A DNA stretch of 64,000 nt from Dictyostelium discoideum (Eukaryota), in contig CM000153.2 of assembly GCA_000004695.1 (NCBI GenBank), positions 4,096,001 to 4,160,000 on the forward strand, given 5' to 3'. A model generated the notes under the pieces. It saw nothing but the letters and a program-made list of their open reading frames with translations. It ran no database searches and had not been told where the DNA came from. How positions within the stretch are numbered: position 1 is the stretch's first letter; each line of letters begins with the position of its first letter. This document shows, piece after piece, positions 41,733-54,879 of this stretch. A program made the position numbers and the translations under genes.

Positions 41733-44501
41733 ATGGAAGACTTGAAAAAAGAATTAGATAAATTATCAGGACTTGGAAATCAAGTTGAAAATGATGAAAT
41801 ATTTGTTGATAATGTTTCAAATAGTAAAATTTTAACATACAGTTGGGAAGAATTTTATAGTAAATGTAAACAATTTGAAAATGGTGAAGAATTATTATTA
41901 TTATTATTAACATGGGTTGAAATAATAATTAAATTTCAATCAATAATATCAAAGGACAATAATAATATTAATCAATTAAAATTACATAATTCTTGGTTTG
42001 AAAAAAAAAGATTTATTTTAAATAAATTATCAATTTTATCAACATCTGGTAATACATTAATTCAATTTTGTAAAATTTTAAATATTACATCAAATGATTT
42101 AAATAATACTAAAAATGAAGATGAAAATCAAGATGAAAATGAAATTTCAATATCACATTTAATAATTGAATTATCAAAAATGAATAATGAAATTAAAATT
42201 GATCAAATTAAACAACTTTTTAAATTTGGTCTAAATGTTAATCAAATTTATAAATTTAAAACACCATTGGATTGTGCCGCAGAACAAAAGAATATTGAAT
42301 TATTTAAAGAATTGATTGAATTGGGTTGTGGTGAATTTTCATCACATTGTATAATAAATAAATTATTTTATAAACAATTATCGTATGAACAAAAAGTTGA
42401 ATTAAAACCATACATGATGAAATTGTTTAATAGAAATCCAAAACTATCATTCAGAATTTGTTTTGACCAATTATTCCCATCAGAGAAAAATGTGAATGAA
42501 ATTTCATATAAATTTGAAACTTCAACAATGGGTCAAAGATATATAAGTGATGAAATATTTCAAAAGATTTTTCAATTTGGTATAGATTTTAAAAATCAAC
42601 CATCAAATTACTCACGTAGACCAGTTGCATCAGTTGAAGATGAAGTATTGGGGTTAAAATTATATGTTGAATTTGAGCCTGTTGCACCATCAATGACAAA
42701 GGCCTCAACAAGATTCTCACAACATTTATTGCAAATCGATAATTTACCAGATACAGAATTCTCTATAATCACTTTAAATAATGGTACAACCTATCCTTTA
42801 TTAATAATGCAAAATGTTTATAATGCTGAAAGTTTATTAAAATTATTACAATCAAAAACACAAAATGATTTACAAAAAATTGAAAATATTGACCCATTAA
42901 GTATCTCAAAATTAATTACATCAACAATTTTAATAAATCCAAGTGGTGGTTCATTATCTGATTATTTAATTTCACCAATTTTAAAAAATGATCAACAGCA
43001 ACAAAAGTATAATATTATACCAATTAATACAGATCAACCATTTGTTGAATCATCAAATGTTAGTATTGGTTTGTTCTTTTTAAATCAAATGAATGATCAA
43101 GTTCATCCACATTTAATTAAATTAATTAAATCAATTGATATACATCAATTTTTAACAGAATGGAGATTAACATTAAAACAACTTCATGAATTTTCAGTTG
43201 ATTTAATTTATAATAAAAATATTGAAAAATTAAATAATGGTATTGATGGTGGCAGTGGTGGTGGTGGTAATGGTGGTGATAATGGTGATTTAACAAAATT
43301 AAGATATGCTGGTATTATACCTGGTACTATTTTAACAATGTATTCAAAATTAATTACATTAAAGAATGAATTATTAAAAGAAAGAAAAAAACCAATAACT
43401 CATTGGAAATTATTATCAATTTTAGAACCAAAAGTTGCAGCTCGTTATTCCCAATTCATTATTGAACAACAAATTTCAACCAATTCTTCAATTATTCAAA
43501 GTTATCAAAATTTTAATCAAAAATCAATTTTTTCAATTTTTACTGAAACTTTTAAATTTAACAATCAACAACAACAACAACCATTGGAAATTGATGTAAA
43601 TCGTGAAATTGAAAATGAAGAATTAATATTTTTAAAATTTATTAATACAAAACATATAATTAATGAAGATATTTTAAAAATTTCAAAATTAACACCAGCA
43701 ACAATTCAAAAAATTATAAAAACTTTAGATTTTTCAAATTATGATAATAAAATTATAAATTGTTTATTTAAAAATATTTTACAACAAAATGGTTCAATTA
43801 AAGAATTATTTATAAAGAATTGTAAATCGTTAACTTTTGAAACATTAAAATCATTTTCAATATTTCAAGAGTTATATATTGGATCAATTAGAAAATTATC
43901 AATTATTGGGTGTTCAAAAATTTATGAAATCTCTGAAAAAGGTGTTTTTAATAGTTTATTTGGTACAACTAAACAATTAACAATGAATTCATTAGTTAAA
44001 TTAGAAGTTGATAGATGTAGTAGTTTAACCACTTTAAAATTAAATACACCAAATTTATTAACTCTTAGTGCAATTGATTGCTCCCAATTAAGGGTTTTTG
44101 ATGTTTTTGCACCAAAATTAAAAAAATTAAGAATTCAAGCTAATAAAGTTGGTTTAGAAACTTTTAATGTAATTTCAACATTTTCAAATTTAGAGTATTT
44201 AGATATTAGTAGAATTGTATCACCATCAACAAATGATTCAATCATTTCATTAGATTTGGATTTATGGAAGAATATTGAAATTTTAATATCAAAAGATGTT
44301 TTATCAATTGATAAAGTTATCATATCAAAATTAGAAAAATTAAAAACTTTAGATTTTACTGGTTGTTCTTCATTAAGAGAATTTGAAATTAAAAATGAAA
44401 CAATAATTATCAATAATTGTCCAAATTTAAAAACTTTATCTTTAAAAGGTACATTGATTAATAATGATCAAAAATATCATTTATTACAAACAATTTCCTA
44501 A
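41733..44501 (+). CDS. Hypothetical protein with C-terminal cysteine-containing leucine-rich repeats (FBXL-like LRR), paralog A
   Basis: A single 922-aa ORF. The C-terminal third has LRR-like units (CKSLTFETLKSFSIFQELYIG..., CSSLTTLKLNTPNLLTLSAIDCSQLRVFDV..., CSSLREFEIKNETIIINNCPNLKTLSLKG). The N-terminal two-thirds are collinear with the next gene (HNSWFEKKRFILNKL, DCAAEQKNIELFKELIELGCGE, INPSGGSLSDYLISPI, KERKKPITHWKLLSILEP). Confidence 0.7.
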   Translation: MEDLKKELDKLSGLGNQVENDEIFVDNVSNSKILTYSWEEFYSKCKQFENGEELLLLLLTWVEIIIKFQSIISKDNNNINQLKLHNSWFEKKRFILNKLSILSTSGNTLIQFCKILNITSNDLNNTKNEDENQDENEISISHLIIELSKMNNEIKIDQIKQLFKFGLNVNQIYKFKTPLDCAAEQKNIELFKELIELGCGEFSSHCIINKLFYKQLSYEQKVELKPYMMKLFNRNPKLSFRICFDQLFPSEKNVNEISYKFETSTMGQRYISDEIFQKIFQFGIDFKNQPSNYSRRPVASVEDEVLGLKLYVEFEPVAPSMTKASTRFSQHLLQIDNLPDTEFSIITLNNGTTYPLLIMQNVYNAESLLKLLQSKTQNDLQKIENIDPLSISKLITSTILINPSGGSLSDYLISPILKNDQQQQKYNIIPINTDQPFVESSNVSIGLFFLNQMNDQVHPHLIKLIKSIDIHQFLTEWRLTLKQLHEFSVDLIYNKNIEKLNNGIDGGSGGGGNGGDNGDLTKLRYAGIIPGTILTMYSKLITLKNELLKERKKPITHWKLLSILEPKVAARYSQFIIEQQISTNSSIIQSYQNFNQKSIFSIFTETFKFNNQQQQQPLEIDVNREIENEELIFLKFINTKHIINEDILKISKLTPATIQKIIKTLDFSNYDNKIINCLFKNILQQNGSIKELFIKNCKSLTFETLKSFSIFQELYIGSIRKLSIIGCSKIYEISEKGVFNSLFGTTKQLTMNSLVKLEVDRCSSLTTLKLNTPNLLTLSAIDCSQLRVFDVFAPKLKKLRIQANKVGLETFNVISTFSNLEYLDISRIVSPSTNDSIISLDLDLWKNIEILISKDVLSIDKVIISKLEKLKTLDFTGCSSLREFEIKNETIIINNCPNLKTLSLKGTLINNDQKYHLLQTIS

Positions 44502-44755
44502 AAAATAAATAAAATAAAATAAAATAAAATAAAATAAAATAAAATTTCTTTTTTTTAAAATAAATAAATATAAATTCTTAATTATTATTATTATTTTTTT
44601 TTTTTATGAGATTTATTTAAAGACATAATATTTTTAAAAAAATCCCACTTAATATTTTAAGTGGGATTTTTTATTTTTTTAATTTTTTTTTTTTTTTTTA
44701 TCTGATCAGAATATTTTAATTTTTATTTTTTTTATTATACTTTAAATTTTGTTTA

Positions 44756-47700
44756 ATGGAGAAAGTAAAGATATTAAAAGAATACCTTGAAAATAATAAT
44801 TATACAATTATTAAAGAGCAAGTTGGACAATTAGTAAAAGATGTTCATGAAGTTGGTAGAATTCTTTATTATTTAGAATTGGATACTATTTTAATAGAAG
44901 GTGATAGTAAGCTATTAGAATGGGTGGAAATTATGTGCCCTTTACACTTTTTAATTGAAGATATTTTAAAAAACAATGATGATAGTCTTATTCAAGAAAT
45001 TCCAAGGTTAACATATCATAGTTCTTGGTTTCCAAATGGTAAATTGATTTTAAATAAACTTGCAAATCTTCCAACACCAGGTATTGTGTTGTCACAATTT
45101 TGTAATATTTTCAAAATAACTCTAAGAGAATTAAATTCTGTAAAAGAGAAAGACGAGGAATCAAATACTGAATCAGTTTTACATTTAATTGTAAATTCGA
45201 ATAATACCAAAACCGATATGAAAATCGATCAAATTAGAGAATTAGTAATGATTGGAACAAATATTAATATCATGGAGTATAATGGTATTGAACAATACAC
45301 AATTTTAGATTGTGCGGCATCAAAAAAGAATATAGAATTATTTAAAGCGTTAATTGATATGGGTGCAGGTGAAAACGCTGCTCGTTCAAATAATTTCCAA
45401 TTTTATAAAGAATTATCATATGAAACTAAAATACATATTAAACCATACATGAAGAAATTATTACAAAGAAATTTAATGGTATATAATAAACTTTGTTTTG
45501 AACAATTATTCCCAAATATTAATTATAAAATTAAAACTGCATCATATGGTATTAGATCAATTACCCATAATCAATTCAAATTATTATTTTCTGACAATAA
45601 TAATTTTCCATTTGGTAGTACAACAACAACAACAACAACTTCTACGAATACAAATAATAAATTAAAATTAATTGAAGATGAAAAATTAGGTTTAGCTATG
45701 ATAGTTGAATTTGAACCAAAATTTCCAACAATTGATAAACTAAAAAATAGATTAATTCAAGGAATTTTAGGACTTGATATTTTCTTGGAATCAGAGTTTT
45801 CATTAATTAAATTTAATAAAACAACTATTTACCCAATTTTAATTAAAGAGCATCAAGGTAGTACCAAAAATAATTTAATTTTACATGATTTAATTTTATC
45901 CAATGATACAGATAAATTGAATAATTTAGATTCTTCAAGTATTTCAAAATTAATTGTTTCCTCAATTGTAGTTAATCCAAGTGGCGGAACATTATCTGAT
46001 TTTATAGTTTCACTAATTGGTGATGAAAATAATAAACATGCTCAAAAATATAAATTAATTCCAATTAATACAGGTTCAGCATTTTCAGCAGCTGATAAGG
46101 TTGGTACATTTTTATACTTTTTAAAAGAAATGAATGATACAGTTCATTCTGATGTTATAGATAAAATTGAAAAATTAGATGTACATGAGTTCTTATCAAA
46201 ATGGTTTGGCGCAATTCCCACTTATAATTTATTATCACAAAATTTAGTTTCAAATAAGAAAATATATAATATTGAGCAAGGACAAAATGAATACTATGTT
46301 GGTGCTCAATTTCAACCAGATGAAATAAGATCTTTATATTCAAAATTATTTAAATTAAAGAGTTCATTATTAAAGAAAAGAAAAAAACCAATCACTCATT
46401 GGAAATTATTAGAAATACTTGAACCTATAACCTATTACATATATAAAAAACATATTGAAAAAACATCAAATCAATCACTTATCAAAAGGTGTGAAGAATT
46501 CTACCAAAAACAAAATGTTCTACCACAACTAAGGAATTATAACCCAAATTTACAAGTTGATTATCAGATGGAAATAGATAAAATCAAAAATGAAGAAAAT
46601 TTAATTAAGAATTTAAAATCAAAATTTCCACAAAATTTAGAAAATAAGTTTTTATTTAATCAATTAACTTATATAAATGCTGAAAAGTTATTTAAATCTT
46701 TAGATTTTTCAAAATTATCAAAAGATCAATTCCCAAATTATATAAAGAATTTATTTGAAAATCAAGATGAAATTAGAAAATTCCAAATTTTAAATTGTAA
46801 ATTTTTTACAACAGATAATTTATTAAATTCAAAATTTTTAAATAGTATTACAAAGTTATCAATAGTAAATTGTTCATCTTTCAAAGGATTACATGGAAAA
46901 TCTACATATTTATTTGCCAAACTATCAACTTCTTCGGAATTTTTGAAATTGAAATCATTGGTTGAATTGAAAATTATAGGTTGTAAAGAATTTATAACTT
47001 TAAAAATTGATACACCAAATTTAAAATATCTATCAACTCGCAATTGTCCAAATTTATCTGATTTTGATGTTAAATCACCAAAATTAAAGAAATTAGAAAT
47101 TCAAGGTAATATGGTGGGTAAAATTATGTTTGATGTAATTTCAAATTTTAAAAAATTAAAATATTTAGATATTAGTAGAATTATACCACCAAAATCAAAT
47201 ATAGCAGATAATAAACCTTTAAAAAAAAATTAGATTTAAGAAATTGGGAATTCCTTGAAATTTTAATAGCAAATAATGTAACGGCAATTGAAAAAATTAA
47301 AATTTCAAATAATAAAAAGTTAAAAGTTTTAGATTTAGATGGTTGTTCTTCATTATCAAAAATTTCAAGTGATTGTTGTTGTAATGTTTTAGAAACATTA
47401 AAAACGAATAATACAATTATTAAAAATGATAATACTCAACTATTAACAGAATTAAATAATAGTAAAACGATATTTATCTATGGTGATTGTAATACTAAAA
47501 ATCAATTAAAATCAATAATTATTAAAAAAACACAACAATATTTAATTATAAATGAAAAACTTTATAAATTAAAATTTGAATGTGAAAATTATGATAATCA
47601 AACTATTCCAAAATCAAATGATTCAATCTTATTTTTAATTGATGAAAGCATTCCAATAATTGATGCCAAAAATCAAATTTTTAAACTAACAAAAGAAATC

Positions 47701-48792
47701 AATCAATCATCAATTGTTAATGTAATCTATTTTGGTAATGATCAATCATATATAATGGTATTAGATAGTGAGGAAGTAAAAGGTGAACCTAAAATAAATA
47801 TTACTAAATTCAGTGAAAAATATGGTAAATACAAAATTCAATGCTTAAAAGAAATTATCGAGTGTTTCCTAAATAAAAAACAATTTCAACAACAATGTAT
47901 AAATATTGAACAAACTTTAACTGGAAAAATAGATAAAGAATTAAATGAAATTTATTCATCATTTGAATTAAATGAATTAAAAGTTGTTGAAATACTTAAT
48001 AAATTAGAAGGTTGGGATTACAATGAACTTTTTAAATTTTTAAATATTAAAATTAATAATATTAATATTAAAATTAATAGTAATAATAATAACAATTTAA
48101 TTATAAACTTAAAGAAATTTTATTTCATTTGTAAAATTCAAGATGGTGATAAAGTTGATTTTTCAAAAATATTAAAAGAATTAGATAGACAATTCCCTCA
48201 AATAAATAATGAAGTACTAAAGTGTAGTGAAAATGAAGGATTAATTAATTTTCAATTCACATCTACAATATTATTAACTAGAATAATTGAATCAGGTTGT
48301 TTATCATCATTTTATTGGTTTGTTAAAAGAAATCCTTTACTTTTGGATGACATTTCTTTAGATGTTGATAAAGAATTTCAGCGTGATGGAAGTCCAATCT
48401 GTTTCTTGGTTAGATATAATTGTATGGAAATAATTAGATGGTTAAAACGAAATGGTTATTTAAATGAATTAATGTTAAAAGCAGCAATATTGAAATCATG
48501 TAGTCTTGGTAAAATGAAAATAACTCAACTTTTATTAGATTTAGGTGCAGACTATACCTTTATATATAGTGATGAAGATAATTTACCATTATCACCAATT
48601 TTCTTTGCTTTAAATAGTAATAATAAAGCATTGGTAATATTACTAGTTGAAAAGTCAAAAGAAAATGGTGATCCATTATTTAAATTAAAAAATTCAAGAG
48701 GGGAATTAATCACTCTAACCTCAAAAAATCCTGAAATTAATCAATACATTTCTTTACAACAAAATAATTTTAATAGAAATAAAAATATTTAA
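44756..48792 (+). CDS. Paralog B of the LRR protein, with an ankyrin-like C-terminal extension; interrupted by a 1-nt frameshift in an A9 run (possible pseudogene or sequencing error)
   Basis: ORF 44756..47233 (825 aa) is collinear with paralog A (HSSWFPNGKLILNKL, DCAASKKNIELFKALIDMGAGE, VNPSGGTLSDFIVSLI, KKRKKPITHWKLLEILEP). It stops at TAG 47231–47233, right after the A9 run at 47221–47229. The +1 frame opens at 47215 and continues as LDLRNWEFLEILIANNVTAIEKIKISNNKKLKVLDLDGCSSL..., homologous to paralog A's LDLDLWKNIEILISKDVLSIDKVIISKLEKLKTLDFTGCSSL. That frame runs into ORF 47755..48792 (ankyrin-like: LLDLGADYTFIYSDEDNLPLSPIFFALNSNNKALVILLVEK). Confidence 0.55.
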
Positions 48793-49654
48793 AAATTTAA
48801 AAAACTAAAATAATAATAAAGAGTTTTTTTTTTTTTTTTTTTATAAAATCAATGATAAAATTTATAAAAAAATAAACATTTTATAAAAAAAAAAAAAAAT
48901 ATCTTTTGTAATTATTTAAATAATTCAAAAAAATGTTTTTTTTTTTTTTTTTTTTATAAAATAATGATATAGTGCGTTTTGAGCAAATTAATCATAAAAA
49001 AAAAAATTAAAAAAACTCACTCAAGTCAAACAAAAAAAAAAAAAAAAAAAAAAAAAAATAAAAAAAGGGTTTAAACTCGCTATAAAATATTAAAAAACTT
49101 TCTAAGTTAATTATTATGAATATTTTTTTTTTTATTTTAAAAATTTAAAACTATACAATAAAAATATTTTATACTAAAATTTTTTTGGAAATAAAATAAA
49201 TTGAATTTTATTTATTTATTTATTTTTATTATTATTATTATTATTATTAATATTATTATTATTATTATTTTTAAAATAAAAAAAAAATTAAAAAAGTTAT
49301 CTTTGTTTTGATAAAAGATTTTATTTTTATTTTATTTTATTTTTCTTTTTTTAATTTAAAAAAAAGTGGGGGAAAATATCTCCAACTATTTTTCTTTTTT
49401 TAATTTAAAAAAAAGTGGGGGAAATGTTTCACAGTTAAAAAAAAAAAATTCACTCATTATTTTAACCAACTATAAATAAAATGAAATACAATTGGCCATA
49501 GTTTTTATAATAATAAACCATCACATCTACATTTTTGGTTAAAATGATCATTTTTTATTTTAAATAAAAAAACCACTTGCAGTTTATAATAATAAAAACA
49601 ATTAAAAAAACATAATTAATAAAACCAAAATAATAATATAATTAATTATATTTA

Positions 49655-49915
49655 TAATTGTAATAGAAATAGAAATAGAAATAGAAATAGAAATATTAAT
49701 AGCAATAGCTATATAGTAGTAATGGTAATAGTAATAGCAATAGAAATATAGTAGTAATAATTGTAATAATTGTAATAATTGTAATAATAGTAATAACAGT
49801 AATAGCAATAGAAATATAGTGGTAATAGTAATAATAGTAATAGCAATATAGTAGTAATAATAGTAACAATAGTGATAGCAATAGCAATATAGTAGTAATA
49901 ATAGTAATAATAATC
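49655..49915. repeat. Complex minisatellite (AATAGAAATAG / GTAATAGCAATAG variants), immediately 5' of the transposase start
   Basis: Direct reading: (aatagaaatag)n gives way to degenerate agtaataatagtaatagcaatata units. Confidence 0.8.
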
Positions 49916-49917
49916 TA

Positions 49918-50646
49918 ATGAAACCTAAAAGAAGTTTAACTCACTTAATTGAGCATACTGAGAGAATATACAATGCATTAGAATATGGGGTTAGAATCGG
50001 TAATATAAGTAGAGCTGCTCGTGAAAATGGTTTGACCAGAAATCAACTCAATTATTACCGTAGAGATATCAAAGATAATAGAATTAGACAATCCCATGGC
50101 GGCTCCAGATCTCCAAGTACATTTACTACAGAACAGTATGAACTCTTGGTGGCAACTGTGGTAGCAATGGTTAATGTCCGACCTAATCTCACAATGAGGG
50201 AGATCGCCCAAGAAATTAACTCAGATCAAAATAGTATTTTTTATAAAAAGGTCAACAAATCGAGGATATGTTCAATATTCAAAGAATTAAAATGGAATTA
50301 CCACTCTCCAACCTATAAACAAGTAAGTAAAAAAGTTTTAATATATTAAATTACCAACTATTTGTTAATTTTTTTTTTTTTTTTTTAGGAAAATAAATAC
50401 AAAATTGAAAATTTATTAAAATTATTTTATTTTAATACAATAATTTACAATACTGATTGGAAAAACATTTATTTTTTAGATGAATGCTCATTTTCTTCTA
50501 GAGGTATTATATTTTATTATTTTAGATTGAATATAAATATTTATACTAATTTTTTTTTTTTTTTTTTTTAAAAAATATTTTTAATTAAATAATTGTCTTT
50601 CTTTCCATCCATTCTGAATTCCACTATTAACATTATAAGGTAATTA

Positions 50647-50701
<55 letters not shown>

Positions 50702-51268
50702 TACAAAATAAATAATTAAAACTAATAAGGTTTTTTATTAGGATTAAGGAGATCTAAAGCTGTTGGACCGATTGGAGAGCCGGTTTATGTTACCAATAGC
50801 ACCAGCATTTCTGAGACCTACAATGGGTTTTTCACCATCAGTTTGGATGATTGTTTGTATAAAATCCGTGATAAAACCAATAATACTGAAGACTTCTTTC
50901 AATATGTTAGAGAACTTTTGGAAAGTGGATTTTGCAAGCCTGGTTCATTATTGGTAATGGACAATGCTCCAATTCACGGTGGTATCGAAGCTTTAAATGC
51001 ACTATTTGAATTGTTTAATCAATATTCGGTTCAATTGATATTTCTTCCTTCCTATTCTCCAGAGTTGAATCCCATTGAGCGTTTCTTTGGCCATATCAAG
51101 AACCATTTCTACCGAGAACGTAATTCCCATGGGTCCTTCCTTGATGAGATTATTGACACCATCGATAATTCTCTAATTAAAAACAAAGAACTGTTCATTG
51201 GATTTTATCGCCAAAGCCTAAACTTCTGGTCTGAAAAAAAAAGAAATCAATACCAAAGAAAAAGGTGA
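49918..51268 (+). CDS. Tc1/mariner-superfamily (DDE_3, IS630-like) transposase, three exons
   Basis: Exon 1 is 49918..50322 (HTH region ISRAARENGLTRNQLNYYRR; donor CAA|GTAAGT). Exon 2 is 50389..50503 (acceptor TTTTTTAG|; ...WKNIYFLDECSFSSR, first catalytic D; donor G|GTATTA). Exon 3 is 50742..51268 (acceptor TTATTAG|; ...SLLVMDNAPIHGG...IFLPSYSPELNPIERFFGHIK..., i.e. the DNAxxH and YSP[DE]LNPIE motifs). The spliced product is about 348 aa and phases were checked. Confidence 0.8.
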
Positions 51269-51654
51269 AAAAAGAAAAATAATAAAAAAAAAAAAATAAT
51301 AAAAAAAAAAAAACAAATAAAAAAAAAAAAAAAAAAAAAAAAAAAGTGTTTGATTTGAAAAATTTAAAAAAAAAAATTAAAAAATGTTTGATTTGGATAA
51401 TCCGCACAATAAAATTATAAAAAAAAAATAAAAAAAATAAAAAAAAAACATTGTTTTGAATTATTGGGATAATAACAAAAGATATTTTTTTTTTTTACCC
51501 AGATATTTATTGGATTATTGAGATAATAGCAAAAGATATTTTTTTTTTTTTTTTTTTTTATTTATAAAAGTTGAAGGTTTTTTTTTTTTTTTTCATTCCC
51601 ATTATTTTTTTTTTACACTTAAGATTATAAAATAAATTTACACACAAATAATAA

Positions 51655-52310
51655 TAATTATGTAGATGAAAATCTATTTTGGAAAGTTTATAAAAATTTG
51701 TTTATTAGAGATTTAATATTTGATAAAATCATTTCAACAACAGTCATTTATAAATATGATGATGATAGTCTTAGTGGTGGTAAATTTATTGTACCTACTG
51801 ATAGAGCACAATATTTTAAAATATAATTTCTTTATCATGGATGATTAAAAGAAATTTATGGTCATTATTAAAGTATAAATTAATTCATAATGAAGAATTA
51901 ATTATAAAGAAAAAAGCAGTAGAATTACTATTACAAGAATGTAAACATGATAAAGATTTATTAAAATTATTCTATCAAAACAAGTATTATCAAATGAATC
52001 AAATTGATTTAATTTTAAATTCAATTAAACATTCAAATTTAATGGCATTAAAATTATTCATTGAAAAATATAATTACCAACAGATAATAATTCAATGGAT
52101 ATGGCACTAGAAATTACAAGTAGACAATATTATAGAAATGAAGAAGAACAAAAACAATCATTTGAAATTTTCCAATATTTTTGGGAAAAGAAAAAAGATA
52201 CTGTTCAATGCACTCAATCAGAGTTATTCAATCCAAATAGAAATTATAATACATATATGTTACAATTAATTTTAAATAATCCAAGTTTATATGGTGAATC
52301 TTCACAATCA

Positions 52311-52370
<60 letters not shown>

Positions 52371-54879
52371 ATTGGTTTAATGACATCAAGACAATTTTTT
52401 AATCTTGCAATTATGTCAGTAATACCTGAAAAAATTAAAATTGAATTACTTAATAGAGGATTTGTTAAAAATGAAAAAAGTATATATCGTGATGGTGATT
52501 ATATTGCTAAAACAATTCAAAAGCAATCACCATATCTTCCACAATCAGTTTATAGTTATTTAGAAAAGAGTTATCATTTGAATGAATTATATGAAAATCA
52601 TACCATTTCAGTTTTTTATTTTTTTAAAATATTAATTGAATATCCTGAAAAAGAAGATTCTCTTTCAATTTTAAAAAATTTCGTTAATGTAGCACACAAA
52701 TTTACAGATTTAGAAATTAAATCATATAAAACATTATCAATTAATCCAAAAAGTTATAAACCAAGTCAAAAAGTAGAAATTTTACAAGCTATTTCAAGTT
52801 TTCATTTTACATTGAAAATTAAGATAATAGAATCACTATTTCCGATTGATTCATTAACATTAAAATCTACACGATTCATTTTTGATAAATTAAAATATTC
52901 AATTGATAATGTTGGAACAATAGAACATGTTCCAAATGCAGAATTAATTCCACAAAGTTTTTATCATTTGAATATTATAAAAACAGCAGATGTAGATTTA
53001 CTTGACCAATTTTTAAATGAATTTCATTCAGATGCTGAAAGAAATTTAATATTTAGAATATATGATGAAAATCCATTAAATAAAGATTATTTCAAAGATT
53101 GTTCAATTCAAGATAGTGAAAAGATATCAAAACTCATCGATAGACTATCAAGTGTTAAAGAATTCAATTCAAATTCAAATTCATTTTTAAAATTGTTTAA
53201 AATCAAAACTTTTACCAATTTCGAGTGAATTATATATTTCAAGTTTATTAAAATTTAAAGAAACATCACGTAAACAAACATATATACACGCTAAAGTTTT
53301 AGACCAAGCATTATGTGATTTCTTTTCAGAAAAGAATAATTTAACATCAAATTTAACATCATTCATTAAATTCATTAATTTTAGAACTCTTGCAATTACA
53401 TATCTCATTGAAAAAGTTTTAAATTCCAATGATTTAGAACTTACAGAATTATTATTAAATACAATATGTAATAATAATAACAATAATAATAATAATGGTG
53501 CAGGTATTATAATGGCTCCAGTTTCTTTTAAAACATCCAATCCTGACATAATTAAATTAATCATTTCAAAAAGTAATTGTCATAAATTATTTGATTTTGA
53601 AGGTTTAATTGATACAGTTATTAGCGCCAGCAATGTTTGTAATATTAGTAATCCAAATACTGATTCTCAAACCATTGAATTAATTGAAATTGTTATTGAT
53701 TTTTTACATTCAAATAAAATTTATCAAAGAAATTCAAAAGAAGGATTTGGATTTGGATTTGGATTTGGATTTGGATTTGGAACAACGAATCAACAAGCTG
53801 AAAAAACAATAATTTCCAACGATGCAACAAAGATTGCACTTTTAAAGAAGAAATCCATTGAAATTTTACAACTTTTATTTAAATATAAAAACCTGTTTCA
53901 TTGGGATTCACAATTATTTCCAAAACTTCCAAAATTACCAACTATTCAATTGGATGATGAAATACTTCCAAAATCAGATAAACCAATAATGTCAATTTAT
54001 GAACACCAAGATTTAGAAGACCAAGATATATATCAATGTAGAAGAAGAAAGCCAAAAAATAAACATGGTGGTGGAAGTGGTAGAAGAAGAATTGATACCT
54101 ATGATGACACTGATTATGATGGCACCAATAACAACATTCCCTATATTGGTAGTATTGGTGGTAGTGTTTTTGCAAGTACTGAAGATTCAGTCAATGGTGG
54201 TCTTAGTAGTAGTAATAACAATAATAATGAATTAGGTAGTAATCAAAGTCAATTTATTCTTGGTGGTAATTTTACAGGTTTTAGTGTAAATTATCAGAGT
54301 AAAGATAAAAATAAGATTAGAAATCTATACAATACCAATTTCCTTGATAAATTTAAAACTCATCAAGCTCAATCAATATTTGATTCAATGGATCAATTCA
54401 ATAGAAATAATATGTTTTCATTTATACACTCGAGTAGTAGTGTTTTTCAAGATTCAATATATCATTCAATAAAGAATAGAAGAATAGATGTAATTGAAAA
54501 ATTAATAACTATTCAGATGTTTACAGATGATCATGCAAAATTAATTTATTCAGATTTTTTAAAAAGAATTATTAGAAAAGATGATGGTGTTGATTTAATA
54601 GCTTTTAAATACCTTTTTTCACATAGATTCCTCAAGATATTCAGTACAGAGTTTTTACAAACAATGTCACAAGAATTATTAATTTGTGCTGTTTCAGAAT
54701 GTTGTTTTCATCTTTGTCATTGGTTATTGTCAACAGATAATCCATGCAATGTATATGTTGAATTCTTGCCATTTAAAACAACCTATATTTTGAATGTCGA
54801 GAAAAAATTATCACATTGCGAATCACCAGTTTTCAAAGAATATATGATGAAAAAATTAAAACCTTTTATTAAATACTAA
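51655..54879 (+). pseudogene. Fragmented large ORF (about 1,070 codons in four frame-shifted segments), probably a pseudogene of a Dictyostelium-specific hypothetical protein
   Basis: Segment A is ~51655–51826 (DYKINLHTNNNNYVDENLFWKVYKNLFIRDLIFDKI..., no in-frame ATG). Segment B is 51841–52110. Segment C opens at 52075 (ORF 52095–53228, frame shifted by 1). Segment D opens at 53191 (ORF 53512–54879, same frame as B). Consecutive segments overlap by 16–37 nt and there is no GT..AG pair to splice them, so each junction behaves as a 1-nt indel. Confidence 0.5.

Larger units (their letters stand above)
49430..51560 (+). mobile_element. Tc1/mariner-like DNA transposon copy (resembles Dictyostelium DDT-type elements); ends approximate
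   Basis: Intron-containing transposase CDS at 49918–51268. A minisatellite and ~45-bp direct repeats lie upstream (49329–49425, 49655–49915). Short direct repeats lie downstream (51467–51545). TIRs were not confidently identified. Confidence 0.5.

Noticed and set aside
49329-49425. ~45-bp direct repeats (ttttctttttttaatttaaaaaaaagtgggggaaa, two copies), considered as transposon TIRs
   Set aside because: They are direct repeats, not inverted ones. No matching inverted copy was found 3' of the transposase, so I left them as unexplained flanking repeats.
50763-50957. ORF 50763–50957 (MDRLESRF...)
   Set aside because: It is an alternate frame of transposase exon 3. The correct frame carries the DDE motifs.
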